A stretch of DNA of 64,000 bases from an uncultured Candidatus Saccharibacteria bacterium. GTDB lineage: Bacteria; Patescibacteriota; WWE3; UBA101185; UBA10185. Location of the stretch: contig CAZBAJ010000001.1 in the NCBI GenBank assembly GCA_964490125.1, positions 67,573 to 131,572 of the forward strand. Reading direction: 5' to 3'. The notes under the pieces were generated by a model that was not told the DNA's origin, did not search any database, and worked only from the letters and a program-made list of their open reading frames with translations. This document shows, piece by piece, positions 1 to 8,310 of the stretch (positions are counted from its first letter, which is position 1; the number at the start of each line of letters is the position of its first letter). The position numbers and the translations under genes are program-made.

Positions 1-383
1 ATTTTGCGCTTTTATTGTACACCGCACTTGTTGTGGCTATTTTTAAACTTATTCCTGTTACTCTAACCCTGCCCGGTATTGCGGGATTTATTCTTACAAT
101 AGGTATGGCGGTGGACGCCAGTATTTTGGCGTTTGAGCGGATTCGCGAGGAGATTAAGTGGGGTAAACCTCGCGGTGTCGCTCTTAAATTGGGTTTTGAA
201 AGATCGTGGAGCTCTATTAGGGATTCTAATATCTCGTCGCTAATTACCGCAGGCGTGTTGTTTTATTTTGGTTCCGGTATGGTGCGGGGTTTTGCGTTAA
301 CTTTAGCAATAGGTGTTGCGGTGTCGCTGTTTACTAATATTTTTGTCGTCCGCACTGTAATTAGAACTTTAGGAAGGTTTTAG
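1..383 (+). CDS. secD: Protein translocase subunit SecD, C-terminal part (truncated by window)
   Basis: LTLPGIAGFILTIGMAVDASILAFERIREE and GFALTLAIGV motifs; directly upstream of secF. Confidence 0.95.
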   Translation, partial: FALLLYTALVVAIFKLIPVTLTLPGIAGFILTIGMAVDASILAFERIREEIKWGKPRGVALKLGFERSWSSIRDSNISSLITAGVLFYFGSGMVRGFALTLAIGVAVSLFTNIFVVRTVIRTLGRF

Positions 384-456
384 AAGGTTGTGTTGGAATA
401 ATACTTGCGGTTAATTTAAAGAATAATTAACTAAAGTTTTGGTTATAAGGTTAGCT

Positions 457-1539
457 ATGGGAAAAAAGAAACATAAAAAATACTTAGCGCAAAAGAAAGC
501 CCAAGTTGTTGTTGGTACTTCAGCTTTGGATGCAAAATCAGCGCCTAATTTAAATGCTACCGGTATGTCGACTTTGGGAGCAAGGACGATAGTTAGTCAC
601 AACTTAATTAGTCCGTCAAAAAGTCAATCAGAGGATCCCAAGTCGCATAACATTATGAAATACAAGTGGTGGTACATAGGTTTTTCTGCTGTACTTTTGA
701 TTCCGTGCATTATTTCCTTGGCGATATTTGGGTTAAAAACCTCCATCGATTTTACGGGCGGGTCGGTTTTAAAATTTAGTCGGACGGAAGGATCTTGGGA
801 TCAAGTTCAGGTTCATCAGATGTTTGTCGACAAAAAAATAGAAGTTGCGCAAATTTTGCTGGACGACGGAGGAAGGGCGCTGACGGTAAGAACCAAACCC
901 ATTGATTCTGCTAGAAACGAGGAAATCAAGTTAGCTTTTGGTAATGCCATTACCCAAACCTCCTTTGAAACCGTTGGCTCTTCCATTGGCGCGGAAACCG
1001 CCAAAAGAAGTCTAATTGCTTTTGGTGTGGCTTGCTTGGGCATCGTGCTTTATATAGCCTATGCTTTTAGAAATATTCCAAGACCTTATTCCAGCTTGCG
1101 GTTTGGGCTTAGTGCCATCTTGGCCATGGTTCACGACGCAATAATCGTCACTGGAGTTTTTTCGTTGCTTGGACATTTTGAGGGTGTGGAAGTCGATCCC
1201 ATGTTCTTAACGGCGCTTCTAACAATAATCGGCTTTTCCGTCCACGATACTATTGTAGTTTTTGACCGCGTCCGCGAGAATTTAGGCAAATTTAAAGGTA
1301 AAAATATCGACTGGATTGCCAATTTTTCTATTTTGGAAACCATGCGCAGGTCAATTGCTACTTCCGCCACGGTTGTAATCACCCTAACCTCGCTCTTGAT
1401 TTTTGGCGGACCTACAATAAAACACTTTATTTTAGCACTGTTGATTGGAGTAATTTCCGGGACCTATTCGTCAATCTTCAACGCTACACCCGTGCTAGTA
1501 ATCTGGGAGGACTTTTTAAGTCGACAAAAGAAACAATAG
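457..1539 (+). CDS. secF: Protein translocase subunit SecF with N-terminal extension
   Basis: IDFTGG, GFSVHDTIVVFDRVREN and GTYSSIFNA motifs; start uncertain (ATG 457 or 655). Confidence 0.95.
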   Translation: MGKKKHKKYLAQKKAQVVVGTSALDAKSAPNLNATGMSTLGARTIVSHNLISPSKSQSEDPKSHNIMKYKWWYIGFSAVLLIPCIISLAIFGLKTSIDFTGGSVLKFSRTEGSWDQVQVHQMFVDKKIEVAQILLDDGGRALTVRTKPIDSARNEEIKLAFGNAITQTSFETVGSSIGAETAKRSLIAFGVACLGIVLYIAYAFRNIPRPYSSLRFGLSAILAMVHDAIIVTGVFSLLGHFEGVEVDPMFLTALLTIIGFSVHDTIVVFDRVRENLGKFKGKNIDWIANFSILETMRRSIATSATVVITLTSLLIFGGPTIKHFILALLIGVISGTYSSIFNATPVLVIWEDFLSRQKKQ

Positions 1540-1571
1540 GTCCACCGTGCGAGCGTAGCAAACCACTCTTT

Positions 1572-2111
1572 CTAAAAAGCCTTGGGCTTAAAGCCTTTGG
1601 GATTTAGAACTTTAAAGTGCTTGTTTTTCTGCGTTAAAACAAACAAACCGCTATTTTGAGCCTTTTCGGCAAAGTCGCTTGTAACAGTCATACCAGCTAT
1701 TCCGCCTAGTACTTGATAATTTTGGTAGTTTGGGAAGGATGATTTGAATAGTGGTAATTTTCTGCCTACAAAATCATTTAAATCGTTGATATGTGGCTTT
1801 TGTTTGACTTCCAGTACTGCTACAACTTTGCCGTTTGTTAGTACTATATCCCACTCGTTTCTTTGTGGGTCTCTTACATTTTTTGCTACGGTGTCAAATT
1901 TTATACCGTTAAGTTGTTTTTGAGTTTCTAGCCCCGTGTAAAAATAATCTTCGGCTACCTGTCCGATATTATTAGAAATGTTCCCATAGTCAGTAGTAAC
2001 CCTTTTTACCTCTGCGCTAAGTTCCTTTATTGCCATATCACGCTCCTTGGCGCTTTTGGCAACCTCTTTGACTATATCTTCCAGTGATTTTTTATTTGTC
2101 CTTTGTTTCAC
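1572..2111 (-). CDS. PD-(D/E)XK-fold protein with coiled-coil N-terminus (DUF3782-like), paralog 1
   Basis: GQVAEDYF...EWDIVL...VLEVK motif; clear paralog of 4055..4549. Confidence 0.7.
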   Translation of the reverse strand: MKQRTNKKSLEDIVKEVAKSAKERDMAIKELSAEVKRVTTDYGNISNNIGQVAEDYFYTGLETQKQLNGIKFDTVAKNVRDPQRNEWDIVLTNGKVVAVLEVKQKPHINDLNDFVGRKLPLFKSSFPNYQNYQVLGGIAGMTVTSDFAEKAQNSGLFVLTQKNKHFKVLNPKGFKPKAF

Positions 2112-2141
2112 ACTAAACTTTTATCAAAACACTAAACAAAA

Positions 2142-2195
2142 GTCAATATGACAATTTATGTCTGTGGGATTTACATGCGGGTTTGGGACTCCAGA
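2142..2195. repeat. 54-bp direct repeat, copy 1 (promoter region of paralog 1)
   Basis: 48/54 ungapped identity to 4580..4633; contains minus-strand TTGAC -35. Confidence 0.9.
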
Positions 2196-2296
2196 CTTTC
2201 GCTTGCCGTCGGTTTATAAACCGAATAATCTTTTCAGATAACAAGCCCTATTATATTACCATAAAGTGGTGCAATGGGGTGTGCTAAACTTGTCGC

Positions 2297-4051
2297 ATGA
2301 AAAAATGGGTAGTTAGGGAGGTTTACAATCCCGGTGCTAATGTGCTAAATGATTTTAATTCTATTCTCGACTTACTACTACAAAATCGGGGGATCGACGA
2401 AAATTTACGCCAGGAATTTCTAAATCCATTACATATTTCAGAGTATCTAAAGAAATTGCGGAGCGACTTTAAGGAGTCGCTCAAACAAGCGCGCGATGAG
2501 ATTACCAACGCTATAAATCAAAGTCGTCCAATAATAATTCACGGCGACTACGATGCGGATGGGATTTGCGCTACCGCCATTTTGTACAAAACCCTCACAG
2601 AAACACTCGGTTACAAAAAAGTGGCTTATTTTATACCCAATCGATTTGACCAGGGCTACGGGCTTTCCGCGGATTCGGTTAAGGAAATGGACGACTTAGT
2701 GAATGGCCGATTTGGTTTAATAGATGATGTCGATAATAAAGCTGGCAAAAGGGTCGTCCTGCATAAAAACAAGTCAAACGAACCAACCGCTCTTATTATA
2801 ACGGTGGATTGTGGGATAACCGCGGAGGAGGCAGTTTTGCAACAGGCGCGCGACTTAGGTTTTAAAATTATTATAACCGACCACCACCAAAAGCAGGAAT
2901 CTCTACCCCAATCGGATGTTTTGCTTTGGAACGACCAGATGGTAGGCGCTAGTGCTGCGCTAATGTTGGCGCTTGTTTTGGGCTTGCGAGATGAGCAATT
3001 ACTTTGTTTGGCGGGCATTGCCACCGTGACGGATTTAATCCCGCTTAAAGGGTTTAATCGGGCGTTGGTTAAAAAGTCGCTTGCGATTTTAAATACCAAC
3101 CCACCTTTGGGAATAAAAACGCTCATCGATGTTGCTGGTAGATCTAACGGTGAGCTTGGGGTGTACGACCTGGGTTACATAATCGGTCCTCGTCTTAATG
3201 CCTCAGGTCGATTGGATTCAGCTTACGAGTCGCTAAAATTACTGTTGGAAAATGACAAAAAAGAAGTCGCCCAAATTGCCCAAAAACTTAACGCAGTAAA
3301 TTTAGAGCGCCAGGAAATGACCCAAAAAATGTACGACTTGGCGGAGCGCCTTTACATAGAAGATGCCGGACGCAACAAGCAGAAAATAATTATCGTAGTT
3401 TCTGAAAACTTTCATGAGGGTGTTATTGGTTTGGTGGCAGGTAAGTTGGCACAAAAATATGCTAAGCCCACAATTGCTATAAGCATTAATGGAGAAATGG
3501 CAAAAGGTTCGGTGCGGTCTGTGGCTGGTGTAAATATTATAGAATTTTTGCGACATTTTGGAGACCGGTTTACTAGTTTAGGCGGACATCCTATGGCGGC
3601 GGGTTTTTCTGTTAAAAAAGTCGACCTGACTAAACTTACAGAGGACTTATACAACTACGCGCAGGAAACCATTTCTGACGATGTTTTAGTCCCGCAACTT
3701 ACTGTGGATTTAGAATTGCCGATTGCACAAATAAGTAGCGATTTATTAAAGCAGGTCGACCAGTTAAAACCGTATGGAATAGGTAACCCGGAACCGCTCT
3801 TTCTGTCACGGAAGGTTGGTGTTGCCGGATGCGATTTTGTCGGCAAAGAGGGCTCCCATTTGTCGCTCAAACTTTTTGACGGACAAACCACCTACAAAGC
3901 CGTTATGTTTGACGCCAAAAATTTGGGAATTTCCGGCTTTAACTTGGGCGACAAACTAGATATCGTCTACACCGCGTCGCTTAAAGATTACAACGGAAAA
4001 ACCTACACGGATTTAGTTATTAAGGATTTTGCTATTTCGTTGCAAGGTTAA
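2297..4051 (+). CDS. recJ: ssDNA-specific exonuclease RecJ
   Basis: GDYDADG, ITVDCG, TDHH, GPRLNASGRL and GGHPMAAG DHH/DHHA1 motifs. Confidence 0.96.
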   Translation: MKKWVVREVYNPGANVLNDFNSILDLLLQNRGIDENLRQEFLNPLHISEYLKKLRSDFKESLKQARDEITNAINQSRPIIIHGDYDADGICATAILYKTLTETLGYKKVAYFIPNRFDQGYGLSADSVKEMDDLVNGRFGLIDDVDNKAGKRVVLHKNKSNEPTALIITVDCGITAEEAVLQQARDLGFKIIITDHHQKQESLPQSDVLLWNDQMVGASAALMLALVLGLRDEQLLCLAGIATVTDLIPLKGFNRALVKKSLAILNTNPPLGIKTLIDVAGRSNGELGVYDLGYIIGPRLNASGRLDSAYESLKLLLENDKKEVAQIAQKLNAVNLERQEMTQKMYDLAERLYIEDAGRNKQKIIIVVSENFHEGVIGLVAGKLAQKYAKPTIAISINGEMAKGSVRSVAGVNIIEFLRHFGDRFTSLGGHPMAAGFSVKKVDLTKLTEDLYNYAQETISDDVLVPQLTVDLELPIAQISSDLLKQVDQLKPYGIGNPEPLFLSRKVGVAGCDFVGKEGSHLSLKLFDGQTTYKAVMFDAKNLGISGFNLGDKLDIVYTASLKDYNGKTYTDLVIKDFAISLQG

Positions 4052-4054
4052 GAT

Positions 4055-4549
4055 CTAGTACGCTTTTGGTTTAAAACCTTCTGAATTTAGCACTCTAAAG
4101 TTTACGCCGTCCTGCGTCAACACAGAAAGCCCGTATTTCTCCGCTTCCTTCATGCTGTCTTTTGGCACTGCCATACCTGCTACACCGCCATAGACATGAA
4201 AATTTGAAAAACCTGGTACAGTTTGTTTAAAAAGGGGCAGTTTTTGTGTGGCAAAATCCTCTACATCTTTAGGATGAAGCTTGTGTTTAACTTCTAAAAC
4301 CGCTACCGAATTACCGTTTTTCAGCACAATATCCCATTCAAGGTCGTTAAACCCGCCAAAATTTTTGGCTACATCGTCATATTTAATTCCGTTTAATACT
4401 TTTTTATGCTTAAGCGCGGAGTAAAAATACTCTTCAGCCACATCACCCAAATTGTTTCCTATTCCACCCATTCTTTGCATAGCTTTTTCTACATAGGCGT
4501 CAAGTTCCGCTAATGCACGACTCCGTTTGGTTGACGAGGGTTTTTTCAT
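4055..4549 (-). CDS. PD-(D/E)XK-fold protein (DUF3782-like), paralog 2
   Basis: GDVAEEYF...EWDIVL...VLEVK; C-terminus GFKPKAY matches GFKPKAF of paralog 1. Confidence 0.7.
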   Translation of the reverse strand: MKKPSSTKRSRALAELDAYVEKAMQRMGGIGNNLGDVAEEYFYSALKHKKVLNGIKYDDVAKNFGGFNDLEWDIVLKNGNSVAVLEVKHKLHPKDVEDFATQKLPLFKQTVPGFSNFHVYGGVAGMAVPKDSMKEAEKYGLSVLTQDGVNFRVLNSEGFKPKAY

Positions 4550-4579
4550 AAGGATTTAATATCAAAAATCACTTCTAGT

Positions 4580-4633
4580 GTCAATACGACAATTTATGTC
4601 TATGGGATGTAGATAAGGGTTTGGGACTCCAGA
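4580..4633. repeat. 54-bp direct repeat, copy 2
   Basis: 48/54 identity to 2142..2195; runs into the base of the 4625..4702 hairpin. Confidence 0.9.
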
Positions 4634-4710
4634 GAGAGAGAGTTAAATGTGCATCACCGTCCGTGGACGATGTTGTCGTTTTAACCTCCTCTCCCTGGAG
4701 TCTTTTTTTT
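4625..4710. repeat. Conserved long hairpin plus T-tract, copy 1 (terminator-like or structured RNA)
   Basis: GACTCCAG(AG)5TTAAA...TTTAACCTCCTCTCCCTGGAGTC followed by T8; near-identical arms at 7999..8076. Confidence 0.85.
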
Positions 4711-4888
4711 ACGAAAACAGCACCTCCACGATAGCGTGGGCTATCCACACAATCAGCGCCACGATTACGAGGAAAAACAACAGCCCCATCACTAGGGCCG
4801 CCCACCATTCCTCGGCCAATATCCCCAGGAACAGGGTGACCCCCAGTCCCGTGAGGACAACTTTCAACAGAAATTTGAACACCGACAT
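4709..4888 (-). CDS. Small hydrophobic membrane protein (59 aa, about 2 TM)
   Basis: MSVFKFLLKVVLTGLG...; SD GAGGGAGG and TGTTATAAT extended -10 upstream. Confidence 0.7.
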   Translation of the reverse strand: MSVFKFLLKVVLTGLGVTLFLGILAEEWWAALVMGLLFFLVIVALIVWIAHAIVEVLFS

Positions 4889-4992
4889 CTTATCCTCCCT
4901 CGACCCAGAGTTGTTTGTCAACGATGCCTATAATTATAACATGTATTGTTGACTTGTACAAAATATTGGTTTATGTTAGACTCCTTACAGTC

Positions 4993-5254
4993 GCAAAGAT
5001 CCGGCAAACACCGGGGAGCATGGGGAAGAAAGTCCTGTTGAAGGAAGGACGCTGGAAAGTGTCGCCTAAATCCGTCAACCAAGATAAGTAGAACCCCACG
5101 GGAAAGCCCGTTACAGATTAAATCCAGTCGGCAAGAAACCGGAGGGATGCAAAGGTTTGGGTGGAAACACTCAAGCAAAATGAGGTGGCAACGCGGTAAA
5201 ACGCCCTCATGAGATTGTCAAATTAATTTTGGCGGTTTTGTGAGGGCATTTTTT
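4993..5254 (+). promoter_or_regulatory. T-box riboswitch, ultrashort stem I, Asn (AAC) specifier, transcriptional terminator
   Basis: GAUCCGG-CA-AAC-A-CCGGGGAGC stem I; GGAAGAA...AGUAGAACC stem II; ACGGG/CCCGUUA stem IIA/B; GAGGUGGCAACGCG...CGCCCUC antiterminator; terminator 5203..5247 plus U6; promoter TTGACT-17-TATGTT at 4949..4977. Confidence 0.92.
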
Positions 5255-5296
5255 GTCGTCATACCGCAAGTGGCAATAAACCACAAGAAAGGAACC

Positions 5297-6586
5297 ATGG
5301 AGCGTACCTACATTAAAGACCTAAAAGAAAAGCTTGGGCAGGAAGTTAAAATCGACGGGTTTGTGCAAGTGCGACGGGATCAGGGCGGGATTAAATTTAT
5401 AGTTTTGCGCGATGTTACGGGAACTGTGCAATGCATTGTAATGAAGCAGTCGGGGGAGGTGTTTGACCAGGTTGGCGGGCTGTCGTTGGAATCGGTAGTA
5501 GAAATTGGCGGACTTGTTAAAGAGCAAAAGCAGGCGCCCGGCGGATTTGAAGTGGAAATAAAGTCGCTTAAAGTTTTGTCTGTTGCAGAGCCTTTGCCCA
5601 TTCCGGTAATGGAAGAAAAAGGCGGTAATGAGGTTGACGCGACTTTGCGGTTTGACTATAGGTGGATTGATCTGCGCAAGCCGGAAAAGCTTAAAATTTT
5701 TAAGGTCTGGACGGCGCTGGAGAAAGGTTTTAGAAAGTATTTTGCAGACAACGGGTTTATTCAGGTTTATTCTCCGTCAATAATGGGTACTGCTAGCGAA
5801 GGTGGCGCGGAGGTCTTTGAGATTAAATATTACGACAAAAAAGCCTATTTATCCCAGTCGCCACAATTCTACAAGCAGTTAGCCCAAGCCGCGGGTTTTG
5901 AGAAAGTGTTTTTGATGGTTCCGTATTATCGGGCGGAGCTTTCCTTTACAACCCGTCACATGACTGATTTTACCGGTTGGGATTTTGAGATGTCGTTTAT
6001 AGAGTCGCACGAGGATATTGCAAAAGCAGAAGAAGGGATGTTGGTTGAGGGTTTCAAAGCGGTTAAGGCAGAAGTCTTGTCGGACTTAGAGGTTCCTACT
6101 TTACCGTTTCCAAGGTTGACTATGAAGGAAGCTAAAGAGCGACTTAAAAAGGTTGGAATACCTAGCGAGAAGGACGGAGACTTTTCTTCTGAAGAAGAGC
6201 GGGAAATTGGTCGACTTATGAAGGAAGAAACCGGACATGATTTTGTATTTGTTACGGAATATGGCGCACCGTACCGGGCTTTTTACCACATGCGACCAGA
6301 AAATGATCAGAGTGTAACCAAAAGCTACGATCTTATGTACAAAGGTTTAGAGATTACAACGGGTGCCCAAAGAGAACATCGTCCGGAAATTCTAAAGAAG
6401 CAGGCAATAGAAAAAGGCGTGCCGACCGAGCCCTTAGAGGGCTATTTTAGCTACTTTAAGTACGGTTGTCCGCCTCATGGCGGCGCAGGCATAGGTCCCG
6501 GCAGAATTGTCATGAAGATTTTGGATTTGGAAAGCGTAAAAGACGCCACCTTTTTGCCAAGGGATGTAAAGCGTCTGACGCCTTAG
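5297..6586 (+). CDS. aspS: Aspartyl-tRNA synthetase, short archaeal-type, probably non-discriminating (Asp/Asn)
   Basis: SEGGAEVF, QSPQFYKQ, YRAE..TRH and PPHGGAGIG motifs; about 430 aa with no GAD insert; Asn T-box upstream. Confidence 0.93.
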   Translation: MERTYIKDLKEKLGQEVKIDGFVQVRRDQGGIKFIVLRDVTGTVQCIVMKQSGEVFDQVGGLSLESVVEIGGLVKEQKQAPGGFEVEIKSLKVLSVAEPLPIPVMEEKGGNEVDATLRFDYRWIDLRKPEKLKIFKVWTALEKGFRKYFADNGFIQVYSPSIMGTASEGGAEVFEIKYYDKKAYLSQSPQFYKQLAQAAGFEKVFLMVPYYRAELSFTTRHMTDFTGWDFEMSFIESHEDIAKAEEGMLVEGFKAVKAEVLSDLEVPTLPFPRLTMKEAKERLKKVGIPSEKDGDFSSEEEREIGRLMKEETGHDFVFVTEYGAPYRAFYHMRPENDQSVTKSYDLMYKGLEITTGAQREHRPEILKKQAIEKGVPTEPLEGYFSYFKYGCPPHGGAGIGPGRIVMKILDLESVKDATFLPRDVKRLTP

Positions 6587-6604
6587 GTTTAAGGCCGTTG
6601 CGAC

Positions 6605-6631
6605 AATAAATTCTATTCAGATTAGAGACAA
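6605..6631 (+). promoter_or_regulatory. Repeated upstream motif, copy 1
   Basis: AATAAATTCTATTCAGATTAGAGACAA, identical to 53435..53461; 5 bp before TTGTCA. Confidence 0.75.
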
Positions 6632-6682
6632 CTATCTTGTCAAGTGTATTTTTTAGTGTAATCTTCCCCGCAGGTGGACCAT

Positions 6683-6755
6683 GGGCCGTCCGATCCGGGA
6701 TCAAGCTTGATCTTCAATCTTGCATAGACGGGTTCGACTCCCGTACGGTCCACCA
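6683..6755 (+). ncRNA. tRNA(Ala)-like RNA with non-canonical D/anticodon region
   Basis: Acceptor GGGCCGU/ACGGUCC (G3.U70), A73, encoded CCA; T arm ACGGG-UUCGACU-CCCGU; the 38-nt middle does not form a standard cloverleaf. Confidence 0.75.
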
Positions 6756-6800
6756 AAAATTTAATTTGACTTTTTAATTGGTTTAGTGTAAGTTATTAAC

Positions 6801-6871
6801 AGAAGATCAAGCTTGTATCCGACGAAAGTCTCTTGCAAGATGCACAGAAGCTCGCGAAAGCGGGCTTTTTT
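6801..6871 (+). ncRNA. Putative small RNA complementary to the upstream tRNA-like RNA
   Basis: Promoter-like TTGACT-17-TAAGTT (6766..6794); GAC-GAAA-GUC hairpin; intrinsic terminator; 18-bp and 8-bp complementarity to 6698..6724. Confidence 0.65.
6849..6871 (+). terminator. Rho-independent terminator
   Basis: AGCTCGC-GAAA-GCGGGCT followed by T run. Confidence 0.85.
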
Positions 6872-6905
6872 GTTTGTGTCTAGATGCTACAATAATCCCT
6901 AGCGT

Positions 6906-7970
6906 ATGGATATCGGTATCGTTAGGAACACATTAATAGTTGTTCTGCTTTTGGGTGCAAAAACCCTAGCTTTCTTGGAATCCAAAGTGTTTGACATTTT
7001 GGTAAAAATTGCACTGGCTCTGGCGATTGGTTACGCGCTGGCGTTAAATAGATTATCAATCGAACACCTGTACACGAGGGCACAGGGTGATGTAAAAACA
7101 TACATTTGGTACAAAACCCTGCCAGCCGACTATTTTGCCAAGCTAGACCAAGAGTCCCAGGCCGTTTTTGCCAGGTATCAAGAGGCCATCAAGCCTAAAC
7201 CACCAACTAGAATCGCAGAAACTCCGTTCCCATCAATTACTGCCAAGTCGCACATTATAATAGATGTCACAACAAACACCGTTTTAAGTTCCAAGGATAC
7301 CAATTTGCCTCTGCCTCCTGCCTCAACCGCTAAGCTAGCAACCGCTTTAGCGTCGCTCAAAATTTACAAGCTGAATGAAGAAATCACCGTTCCTCAGTTT
7401 TGTACGCAGGTTGACGGCACAAAAGCCGAGTTTCTCCAAGGTCAAAAATTTCTGGTGGGTGACTTATTAAAAGCCCTGTTGGTTTATTCCTCTGGTGACG
7501 CTGGTTGTGTGCTATCCATTGGCAAAACTTCTTACGCGGATTTTATTAGACTTATGAACGAGGTCGCCAAAGAGGCGGGCATGCAAAACACAAAATTTAC
7601 TAATCCTATTGGTTTGGACGACGCGGACGGTCAAAATTTAGCTTCCGCGGAGGATTTAGCAAAGCTGGGCATGTTTGCGGTTAAAAACGACTTTATAAAA
7701 GAAGTTGTACGACTTAAAGACCTTGAGCTTAAAGATTTGGACGGAGAATATGTTAAGCGACTTGCAAACACCAATAAATTGTTGACGGAAATTCCGGAAA
7801 GTGTAGGCATAAAAACCGGTACGACCACAGGGGCCGGGGAGGTTTTAATTTATGAATACGCCAAGGACAAGACGAATTTAATAATCGTCGTAATGGGTTC
7901 AGCTGATCGCTTTAAGGATGTAAAAGATTCATTGGCTTGGGCTCTAAATTCCTACGAATGGGATAAATAG
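6906..7970 (+). CDS. D-alanyl-D-alanine carboxypeptidase (peptidase S11)
   Basis: PASTAK (SxxK), NPIGLD and KTG motifs; SxN appears as SGD; N-terminal membrane anchor. Confidence 0.85.
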   Translation: MDIGIVRNTLIVVLLLGAKTLAFLESKVFDILVKIALALAIGYALALNRLSIEHLYTRAQGDVKTYIWYKTLPADYFAKLDQESQAVFARYQEAIKPKPPTRIAETPFPSITAKSHIIIDVTTNTVLSSKDTNLPLPPASTAKLATALASLKIYKLNEEITVPQFCTQVDGTKAEFLQGQKFLVGDLLKALLVYSSGDAGCVLSIGKTSYADFIRLMNEVAKEAGMQNTKFTNPIGLDDADGQNLASAEDLAKLGMFAVKNDFIKEVVRLKDLELKDLDGEYVKRLANTNKLLTEIPESVGIKTGTTTGAGEVLIYEYAKDKTNLIIVVMGSADRFKDVKDSLAWALNSYEWDK

Positions 7971-7998
7971 GATTGGACGGATCTGGAAACTAGAACGG

Positions 7999-8076
7999 GA
8001 TTCCAGAGAGAGAGAGTTAAATGTGCGACAAGATGTTGTCGTCGGTTTAACCTCCTCTCTCCGGAGTCTTTTTTTT
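7999..8076. repeat. Conserved long hairpin plus T-tract, copy 2
   Basis: GATTCCAG(AG)5TTAAA...TTTAACCTCCTCTCTCCGGAGTC plus T8; loop shares TGTGC and GATGTTGTCGT with copy 1. Confidence 0.85.
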
Positions 8077-8239
8077 ATTTCTCCTTCTCCTTCTGCCAAA
8101 ACTTGATGGTGGAAAGGATACAAAGGCCGGCTATGCCGACCAGCAGAGTCGCCTCTAGCCACCGTCGCTGAGATGCGAGCCAGGCTGACTCTATTAGCGC
8201 CGACACCACCAGCGCTAACGCTAAGATATACTTGACCAT
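8075..8239 (-). CDS. Small membrane protein (54 aa, about 2 TM, charged tail); not in ORF track
   Basis: Hand-translated MVKYILALALVVSALIESAWLASQRRWLEATLLVGIAGLCILSTIKFWQKEKEK; SD AGGGAGG; TGTTATAAT upstream. Confidence 0.7.
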   Translation of the reverse strand: MVKYILALALVVSALIESAWLASQRRWLEATLLVGIAGLCILSTIKFWQKEKEK

Positions 8240-8310
8240 GGTCCCTCCCTGTTTGACTTAGTCGCTTTTCAAAGCTCCGCGGTTATTATAACAAATATAA
8301 GGAGGAAAGT

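Noticed and set aside
5020-5230. RNase P RNA (GAAGAAAGUCC resembles GAGGAAAGUCC) or c-di-GMP-I riboswitch (GGGAUGCAAAG)
   Set aside because: No complementary P4 3' strand or proper riboswitch stems; the region is fully explained as a T-box
6683-6755. Canonical tRNA-Glu(UUC) or tRNA-Ala(UGC)
   Set aside because: The UUC reading needs two U.U pairs, C33 and a 3-nt D loop; the CUUGCAU loop has no stem; U8 is absent
6801-6885. tmRNA coding piece or hammerhead ribozyme in RNA2
   Set aside because: No tag-like frame ending in a stop before the terminator; no CUGANGA core
4625-8076. Integron attC sites or CRISPR repeats
   Set aside because: GTT/AAC boxes are in the wrong order for attC; only two distant copies; no integrase or cas genes in the window
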